From the NCBI GenBank assembly GCA_001275005.1, contig JWZX01002533.1, positions 1 to 33,642 on the forward strand: a stretch of DNA of 33,642 bases, written 5' to 3'. This document shows, piece by piece, positions 1 to 7,700 of this stretch (the first letter of the stretch is position 1; each line of letters starts with the position of its first letter). A program made the translations under genes and the position numbers. Under the pieces are notes generated by a model. It searched no databases. It had not been told where the DNA came from and worked only from the letters and a program-made list of their open reading frames with translations. Source of the stretch: Chrysochromulina tobinii (Eukaryota).

Positions 1-355
1 CTTGAAAGAGGCTGTGAGGAGAGAGTGTGAGGAGACGATAGGACGAGAGAAAAAGTGTCCCAACTGGATACGGCCCCGGTTTACCGCGGCGGGGCGGGGG
101 TGCACGTGAGGCCCAGCCATGCGCTGTGCCGTCCGCGCTGTGTGTGCTTAGATACGCTACAGCCGTTGTTCTCGTCTACGGTCTAAGATAACCGAACCAT
201 GCGATGCGCAGACCGCAGTGCCCAAAGTGTGGAGTCCGGGCCTTTCCGCGCCGTTTCACCCTTCTTTTTTCAAGCGAGAGGGCGTAGAGAGCGAGAGGGA
301 TTCAAGGCTCGCCACCAGCGCCAGCTTCCTTTCCCTCTCCGCCTCGACACGCGCC

Positions 356-1528
356 TCATATGCATTTCGCTGATCGCGCAGCCGTTGCTGCTTGATCAGG
401 TAGACCTCCCCCTCCGAGGCATCGCTCGAGAGCGATGCCTCGACAGGAGGGGGGGGCGGGGGGATGAGATTCCCCCCCCCTCTCCCACCCCCCTCTCCCC
501 CCCCTCTCTCCCAGTGCCTCGCCGGGAGACTCGAGGCACCGCTCGCTGTAGTGGCGGCCAGGAGATTCCAGGCTGGCGATCGCTGTGGTGGCGATCGCTG
601 TGGCAGCAACAGCAGCGGTGGCAGCTTCTGAGAGCGGGCTGAACGACGCAACGAACACGACTCGTTGTCCCCCCAAGACCCGCTGGCCCGCGTGGGTCAC
701 GGTGCCCCCGAATATGAGCGCCGAGCCCGCCGGCGGGCAGAGGGTCATCGTCGGCTCATTGACGAAGCTTCCTCGGCCTGTGTCCGGATCGCATGCAGCT
801 TTCTTGCTCCAAAACATGGTGCCGCCTCCTTGGAAATCGACGCCTGCCGTGGAGAGGTTGACCAGAACGGTGAGCGACTGCTTGTCCTCATGCGCGCCGA
901 AGCCGCCGCCCTCCGTGTAGATGTTGATCGCTGGCTCGTTCGTCGAGAAGACGAGCTTGGGGTTGTGGATGCAGGTGGTGGCGGAAAGGGTGGCGTGGAG
1001 GGGGAAGAGCGCCTGCGTGAGGAGCGGCATGGCCGCATCCAGAAGCGAGATCGCTCGGAGAAGGAGAGAGTCGCAAGTGGCGACACCGGCCGCGTCGAGT
1101 GCACCGGTTACGGGCATGCGCATCCGCCCATGCCCCATGGACTGTCGGGCCAGCAACAAGCTCAGGGGTACAAGCCGGAGCCCGTCCGTATGCCCGACCG
1201 GGCCCACAGCCTTCAAAGATTCTGCCCGCAGCTTGTGCGAACGCGATAGCATGGCTCCAGACTTGAGCTCCAGGACCTCGGCCGCTGTCGCCAGCGCTGG
1301 GAACACAATCACTGAGTGCCCGTGCGCCGTCGATGCAGCACACGTTTGCGCAGCACTTGCCTGCTCTACATTGAGAAAATGCTCTTGCCAACCATCGCCC
1401 GACGCTGCAACGCGAGGACTCGCACACTCAGGGGTGCGGCTGGCGGCTTCACAACTGCCGCCATCTTCGCAACTGCCGCGAAGCAATTGATCATTATAGT
1501 CGTGACCGAGAGGCCCACGTTCGCGCAA
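356..1528 (-). CDS. 2OG-Fe(II) dependent oxygenase (prolyl 4-hydroxylase-like DSBH domain); both ends uncertain
   Basis: Motifs NIYTEGGGFGAHED (HxD), SLTVLVNLS, FQGGGTMF, GSALIFGG..THAG (distal His) and QRVVFVASF (2OG-binding R-x-x-x-x-x-S). The ORF track start at 1528 is TTG and the first in-frame ATG is at 1252. The C-terminus may switch frame in the G/C homopolymers at about 448-510. Confidence 0.7.
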   Translation of the reverse strand: MRERGPLGHDYNDQLLRGSCEDGGSCEAASRTPECASPRVAASGDGWQEHFLNVEQASAAQTCAASTAHGHSVIVFPALATAAEVLELKSGAMLSRSHKLRAESLKAVGPVGHTDGLRLVPLSLLLARQSMGHGRMRMPVTGALDAAGVATCDSLLLRAISLLDAAMPLLTQALFPLHATLSATTCIHNPKLVFSTNEPAINIYTEGGGFGAHEDKQSLTVLVNLSTAGVDFQGGGTMFWSKKAACDPDTGRGSFVNEPTMTLCPPAGSALIFGGTVTHAGQRVLGGQRVVFVASFSPLSEAATAAVAATAIATTAIASLESPGRHYSERCLESPGEALGERGGRGGWERGGESHPPAPPSCRGIALERCLGGGGLPDQAATAARSAKCI

Positions 1529-1547
1529 ACGTGTTGCAGTGTGCTCG

Positions 1548-1591
1548 AGTTTCTCTCAAGTCAAGTCAAGTCAAATCAAGTTTCTCTCAAG
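1548..1591. repeat. (TCAAG)n microsatellite flanked by a 13-bp direct repeat
   Basis: AGTTTCTCTCAAG at 1548-1560 and 1579-1591 brackets TCAAGTCAAGTCAAATCA. Confidence 0.85.
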
Positions 1592-1965
1592 AATTTGAAT
1601 CGACGGGACGCCGTTTCGACCCTCGCTATTCGCGCCATGATAGATGATTCGCGCACACGAGTCACCCACAACCGACAACGACACTCTCGCCACGCAGATC
1701 AAAGTTCATCTCCTGTCACCAGCCGCACGTTACATCATACACCCGCGCGCCGCAGCGGAAGTGCACCCCATGGAGTGCACCTGGCCATTGGTCGTCGGGA
1801 CTAATGGTCGAGCGTCGATGGAAGGTGTGAGTGGACACCTTCTGCCGCGCCGCCCCAGCTGTGGAAAATCCCCGGCGGTGCAACACTGCAACGCCCCCCC
1901 CTCCGCCCCTCGCGTTGACGCGCCCGCTTTGGCGCGGCGCGCACATGTCGGCGCTCTGGTAGCGA

Positions 1966-2045
1966 ACGACGCGTTTAGGCGGCGACGCCCGACACGACGC
2001 ACTTCGGCGGCGACGCCCGACACGACGCGTTTAGGCGGCGACGCC
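1966..2045. repeat. 28-bp tandem repeat (about 3 copies) spanning the PDX stop codon and 3' UTR
   Basis: ACGACGCGTTTAGGCGGCGACGCCCGAC-like units start at 1966, 1994 and 2022. The last unit contains the stop codon (tta at 2031-2033). Confidence 0.85.
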
Positions 2046-3749
2046 GGGGTCGACGCCGACACGTCCCTTGAGGGTGAGCTTGTCGGTCACGTAGCTGCCG
2101 GGCTCATTCTCAAGCAGGCCGACCATCGCCTTGCCCAGCCCCGTCGAGACACGCGCCACAGTGAGCGGGTTCTGGTAGTGCGTGCACGCGTTGACCATCG
2201 CGCGCGCGCGCTGGGCCGGGTTCTCGCCCTTGAAGATGCCGCTGCCCACGAAGACGCCATCGCAGCCGAGCTCCATGAGCAAGGCCACATCCGCCGGTGT
2301 GGCCAGGCCGCCGGCAGCAAAGGTGACCACTGGTAAGCGGCCCGCGTCCTTTGTCTGCTGCACCAGCTCAAACGGGACGCGCAGCTCCTTGGCGTAGGCA
2401 AAGAGCTCGTCGTCGCGCATCGTGCTCAGCTTGCGGATCTCGGAGAAGACGGCGCGCGCGTGGCGCACGGCCTGGATCACGTTGCCGGTGCCGGCATTGC
2501 CCTTGAGACGAATCATAGCGGCCCCCTCGGAGATCCGGCGAAGTGCCTCGCCCAGGTCCTGCGCGCCGCAGACGAAGGGGATGCCGAAGCTGCGCTTGTC
2601 GATGTGGTGCGCCTCGTCCGCCGCGGTGAGCACCTCGGACTCGTCAATGCAGTCGACGTCGAGCGCCTCGAGAATCTTGGCCTCGTAAAAGTGGCCGATC
2701 CGGCTCTTGGCCATCACGGGGATCGAGCACGAGTTCATCACATCGATGATCATGGCCGGGTCGGACGAGCGCGCGACGCCGCCGTCGGCCTTGATGTCCG
2801 CCGGGATGCGCTCGAGCGCCATCACCGCCACGGCGCCAGCAGCCTCGGCGATGCGCGCCTGGTGGCCGTCGACGACATCCATGATCACGCCACCCTTTTG
2901 GAAGACCGCGAAGGCGCGCTTGGCGGCGGTTGAACCGTAGCCCATGCCGTGCGCGGGCGCCGCGATCCAGGGCGCCGCGACGCTGAAGTCCGGCACCGCC
3001 GCCACCTTGGACACCTCCTTGACCTGGCACACGTCCTTGAGGAACAGCTCGAGCCATGAGTCATCGGACGAGATTTCAGGATGGAAGCACGTCGCCATGA
3101 GCTTGTTCTGGCGGACGGCGACGACGGCGCCGTTGTCGCCGAGCTCGGGCACCTCGTCGTCGGCCGCGACTTGCGCGAGGATCTCAACGCCGTTGCGCAC
3201 CTTGGTCACCGCCGGCGCGCGAATGAAGTACGCCTTGTCGCCGCAGTTGGCCGCGCTGTTGGAGACCTCCATCGGACGGAAAGCCGACTTGGACTGGCGG
3301 CCGAAGGCGTTGCGCTTGACGGAGATGTCGAGGCCGCCGAGGAGCGGCTGCGCGGCACCGTCGTCGAGGTCCTGCGCCAACAGGATCAGGCCCGCGCACA
3401 CGCCCCACGCGGGCTTGCTCTTCACGAACTTCTGCAACGGCTCCAGCAGCTTGGCGTCGACGAGGCCGTACCCGATGGCGGTGCTCTCGCCGCCCGGAAG
3501 AATGATCGCGTCCACCGTTGCGAGCTCCTTGGGCGTGCGCACCTCGACGCCCTCGACGCCCTGGTAGCGCGCAAGCGCCTGCATGTGCTCTGCGAAGCCA
3601 CCCTGAATGGCAAGGACGCCAACCTTGAAGGGCGCGCCGGCGGACGCATGCACGGCGGCGCAGCGGGCGGCGGCGGCGGCCGGGCGCGCGGCCGGGGCGA
3701 TCGTGTACGCCTCGACGGCGACGGTGATGAACAGCAGCCGGCTCAGCAT
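2031..3749 (-). CDS. PDX2-PDX1: Pyridoxal 5'-phosphate synthase, fused glutaminase (Pdx2/PdxT) and synthase (Pdx1/PdxS), with N-terminal signal and transit-like peptide; 572 aa, intronless
   Basis: Pdx2 motifs: [29 protein letters not shown] (catalytic Cys), RNAFGRQ, FIRAP, FHPE (His/Glu). Pdx1 motifs: [64 protein letters not shown] at 3749 ([19 protein letters not shown]); the ORF track start at 3827 is non-ATG. Confidence 0.95.
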   Translation of the reverse strand: MLSRLLFITVAVEAYTIAPAARPAAAAARCAAVHASAGAPFKVGVLAIQGGFAEHMQALARYQGVEGVEVRTPKELATVDAIILPGGESTAIGYGLVDAKLLEPLQKFVKSKPAWGVCAGLILLAQDLDDGAAQPLLGGLDISVKRNAFGRQSKSAFRPMEVSNSAANCGDKAYFIRAPAVTKVRNGVEILAQVAADDEVPELGDNGAVVAVRQNKLMATCFHPEISSDDSWLELFLKDVCQVKEVSKVAAVPDFSVAAPWIAAPAHGMGYGSTAAKRAFAVFQKGGVIMDVVDGHQARIAEAAGAVAVMALERIPADIKADGGVARSSDPAMIIDVMNSCSIPVMAKSRIGHFYEAKILEALDVDCIDESEVLTAADEAHHIDKRSFGIPFVCGAQDLGEALRRISEGAAMIRLKGNAGTGNVIQAVRHARAVFSEIRKLSTMRDDELFAYAKELRVPFELVQQTKDAGRLPVVTFAAGGLATPADVALLMELGCDGVFVGSGIFKGENPAQRARAMVNACTHYQNPLTVARVSTGLGKAMVGLLENEPGSYVTDKLTLKGRVGVDPGVAA

Positions 3750-4003
3750 TGCGTCTTGAGGAAGGGGGACAAAAATCGACGTGTCATCCCGATCGGCGAC
3801 TTTCCAAAGACGCTTCGCGGAATTCAACGCGTCAGATTACGTCAAGTCAAGTCAAGACAGATATGTCATGTGACGCACTCGGAATCGAAGAAGGTGCGGG
3901 GACGCCGGGGAGCCAACCCAGATGCCGCAACGTCGGATAAGTTACGAAACGAAACCTCCCAGGAACGTATTACGAACGCCGAAGACGTGTGTGCACCTCC
4001 ATC
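3750..4003. promoter_or_regulatory. Putative bidirectional promoter (254 bp) between PDX2-PDX1 and the small membrane protein gene; contains (TCAAG)3 at 3842-3856
   Basis: Divergent ATGs at 3749 (-) and 4004 (+); the interval is less GC-rich than the flanking CDSs. Confidence 0.5.
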
Positions 4004-4297
4004 ATGGAGGCCGTCCGCAGCGCCATCGCCTGGCAGGAGCGGGTCAAGCACCGCATCCACAACTTCCGAATGCCGATCAAGAGCAAACGCGTGCTCTTCC
4101 TCGTGCAATGCACCTATTTTGCGGTGCCGCTCGCGATCGGGTATGGGCTGATGAAGGTGACCGTGCCGGACGCGGAGACGATGCGCGGCAAGCTCAAGCT
4201 GCCCACGCCCGAGGAGCAGGCCCAGATCGATGCGCATAAGCGCAAGCTTCAGGCGGAGATGGACGCGGCGCGGCTGGCACGCGAGGCGAGGCTATAG
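4004..4297 (+). CDS. Small single-pass membrane protein of unknown function (97 aa)
   Basis: ATG 4004 to TAG 4297 with strong GC3 codon bias. Basic amphipathic N-terminus, hydrophobic segment VLFLVQCTYFAVPLAIGYGLM, charged coiled-coil-like C-terminus. Confidence 0.75.
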   Translation: MEAVRSAIAWQERVKHRIHNFRMPIKSKRVLFLVQCTYFAVPLAIGYGLMKVTVPDAETMRGKLKLPTPEEQAQIDAHKRKLQAEMDAARLAREARL

Positions 4298-4770
4298 TAG
4301 CATCGCGGCGTCGCTGCGGACGCATCATCGCATAGGGTAGCCTGAAATCGGAGGTGTGTTGCATGTATGTCGGCGAGCACCTCGCGGGTCTAGAGAGTTG
4401 TATTAGAGATCAAAAGAATCGTGTGATAATGCATGTCACCCGGCGTATCATCCGGCGCGCGAATCGGGCCGAATCGCTGCGCGATTTTCGTCTCTGGCAT
4501 TTTAATTTTATGACGTGCGCGATGGATAGGGTAGCGGCTTTGGCGTTTTACAAATCGATAGCGGCTTTGCGGGCCAGGAGCTGGAGCAGACGCGCAGCTG
4601 GTTCGGTGTGTGTCGCCGCCGCCGCCACAACCACATCGATCGCTCCTTGAGATGTTGCGCGAGCGCGTCAACAGGTAATCAACAGGTGTAGACCGTCTGG
4701 TAGTAAGAGCGACGTGGCACGTGCACCGTGCTGCGATCGTAGGAGAATCCCGTGCGCGTTTTCTAGTGAT

Positions 4771-7700
4771 CTATTCGGCCGAGGACGCTGGGACCGGATG
4801 CTCAGCCCCCTGCCGCGTCGCCTTGCGCTTGCGCTTCTCGGCCTGCAGCTTGCTGTTCTGTGCCTCGATGACCTTCGCCGCTTTCTCCTGCTGCAGCTCA
4901 ACACGGCGCTTATTCTCCGAGCGGCTCCGATAATACATCCTGGCCTCCCGCTTGCGCGTCGCGTACTCATCGACCAACTTGCGCGCGTACACCCGTGGGT
5001 CGAGGCTCGGCCATGGGTCGGGCTTGAGGTCGTACCTGCATGCAATGAGGAGGGCCATCAGCATGCAATGAGGGAGGGAGGGTCGAGGCTCGGCCATGGG
5101 TCGGGCTTGAGGTCGTACGGAGGCTCGTCGTTGTATCTGCGGCCAGAGGGATCGGCATAGGGTGCAATTAGGGTGCAATTAGGGTGCAATTAGGGTGCAA
5201 TTAGGGTGCAATCTCAGAGTGTTTGGAGGCCATCAAGGGGCACTTGGAGGCCATCAAGGGGCACTTGGAGTGGCGCCATTCGTTACTTGATGAGCACGGA
5301 TGAGTACTCGGCGATGATGAGAGTCCGGTACAGGTTCGTCAAGATCCACAGCACGATGCACGTGAACGAGGTGAGGTAGATCAGGTCGATGACTGAGGGG
5401 AAGTCCGTCTCCATCGTAGGCCAGATGGTGGATGATTGCGCCATCTCCTTAAATGGAAGGGCGGTGGGCCGGCGCAGGAGGTAGATTGTGGTGCCTAGAG
5501 AGGTGATGACATTATGGAACGGGTACGCAGTCGGGTAGAGCAGATTGCCAGTCAGTGCGAAGGTGACCATCGCGATCAAGAGGAAGATGAGGGCAGGCAC
5601 AAGCTTGACGCATGCGCGGCCCATCGTGATGCGCATGAGGAAGAGCCTCTTGGAGACGATGGAGTAGTAGAGCGCGAGGCGCAGCACGCACCTGATGAGG
5701 GACGCAAACAGCGATCATCAGTGGTCATCAGCGGTCATCAGCGGTCCTTAGTGGTCGTCAGTGGTCATTAGCGGTCATCAGCGGTCATTAGCTGGCAAGT
5801 AGCAGAGCGCGAGGCGCGCAGCACGACACTAGCATCATCAGTGGGCATCAGAGCCATCAGCGGTCATCAGTGTCATCATTGTCATCAGTGTCATCAGCAC
5901 GCACACGAGCAGTGCCGCCCCAAACAATTGCGAGGAGTAGCGCATCGAGAAGAGCGTGCGCGCCATAGTGGGCATGTAGGGCGGTGGCCACGTGGCGTCT
6001 TCTTTGAATAAGACTGATGGAGCGCGTGAGAAGAGACCATCAGCGGTCATCAGCGGCCATCAGTGGTCATTAGCGGTCATCAGCGATCATCAGCGGCCAT
6101 CAGCGGTCATCCGCGGTCATCAGCGGCCATCAGTACCAATCCGTGGCGATCAGTAGCCATCAGAGGTCATCAGCATGCACACCCTGGAGAGCGTCCATCT
6201 CGGCATAATGGTAATCATCAGAGGTCATCAGCATGCACACCCTGGAGAGCGTCCATCTCGGCATAATGGTAATCATCAGAGGTCATCAGCATGCACACCC
6301 TGGAGAGCGTCAATCTCGGCGTTCTCGGTGCGTCGCACGAACCAGCCACTCACTCCGAGCGCGGCCGTGAGAAAGTGCGCGACCATCTCGGGCTTGACGA
6401 TGAACCAGACGGGGGCTCCTCCCACAGTACCGAGCGCCGCATCGACGCCGAAGAGTTTGCCGATCGTGTTCGAGGCCGCGATGCGCAGAAAGTTGATGAT
6501 GACTTGGAGGGCTCGAAGGCCGAGCCAAATGATGAGAAGGTATTCGAGGAAGTCGCCCATGAACGAATTGGACGAGAGCGAGCCTGCGATGAGGAGGAGG
6601 GCAAGTCGCAGCGGTCATTAGCGGCCATTAGCGGCCATTAGCGGCCATTAGCGGCCATTAGCGGCCATTAGCGGCCATTAGCGGCCATTAGCGGTCATTA
6701 GCGGTCATTAGGAGGAGGGCAATTCATTCGTGTGGACCTCCGCGGCAATCAACGACTGGACAGTGCTCCTCTCAGAGGTCATCAGAGGTCATCAAAGGTC
6801 ATCCTCAGAGGACATCCTCAGAGGACATCCTCAGTACCTGCAACGCAGCTAAACTGCACTTTCGCGTAGCCAGTGCGAATGAGCTCCGTCACGATCTGCG
6901 TGTTCGCAACGTGATCCGTCTGCGGGTTGTAAAAGGTCATGTCGATGCCCACCGCAAGCGTCTGGCGATCGAGCCACGAATTCTCGGTGAGCCCACGCAG
7001 CACGGTGCGCAGCTCGAAGAAGGTCAGATTCGGTGGAAGGGTAAGGGCGAAGCCGCCGGTAGCGGCTGCCTCAAAAGCCGGTACCTGAAAAGGGACGCGA
7101 TCAGAGGTCATCAGAGGTCATCAGAGGTCATCAGAGCTCATCAGAGCTCATCAGAGCTCATCAGAGCTCATCGGGACTCATCAGAGCTCATCAGGACTCA
7201 TCAGAGCTCATCAGAGCTCATCAGAGCTCATCAAAAGGCAATCATGGTTCATCGGTGGCCGCCTCCAAAGGAAGGTACCGTCGGCGACGGGAAACCATCA
7301 GAGGTCATTAGAGGCAATCACGGTTCATCTCCAAGGCAGGTACCGTCGGCGATGGAAAACCGAGCTCTTCGGCTGTTTGGTAAACGAAGGCGGGCAAGAG
7401 GCCAGTGTAGGTGGTACCATTCCAGCCAGTAAAGTTGGCAGAGCCCGCGCTGGGGCTGCCTCCACCCGATCTTGTGGCATTACTGGTACTTGTGCCGGCG
7501 CTGCCGGCGCTGTTGGCGCTGTCGGCGCTGGTGGTCAAGCGCTTCACAGACGGCCCCGGGCACGCGGGATAGCACTCGACACGTGGCACGTAGAAGGCTG
7601 CCGCGGCGGCCGTGCGCTCAGGCGGCGCATGGGGTGCCAACGGCCCGAAATTGGTCGTGACGGTGTTCTCGGAGGAGTAGCAGAGGGAGACGTTACCCGG

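Noticed and set aside
2031..4297. Bacterial pdxT-pdxS operon or contaminating contig
   Set aside because: The two halves are one ORF with a eukaryotic targeting leader and host-like codon usage, flanked by intron-containing eukaryotic genes.
5158..5212. True telomere or chromosome end
   Set aside because: TTAGGG is embedded in an 11-bp unit, there are only five copies, and the array is internal to an intron.
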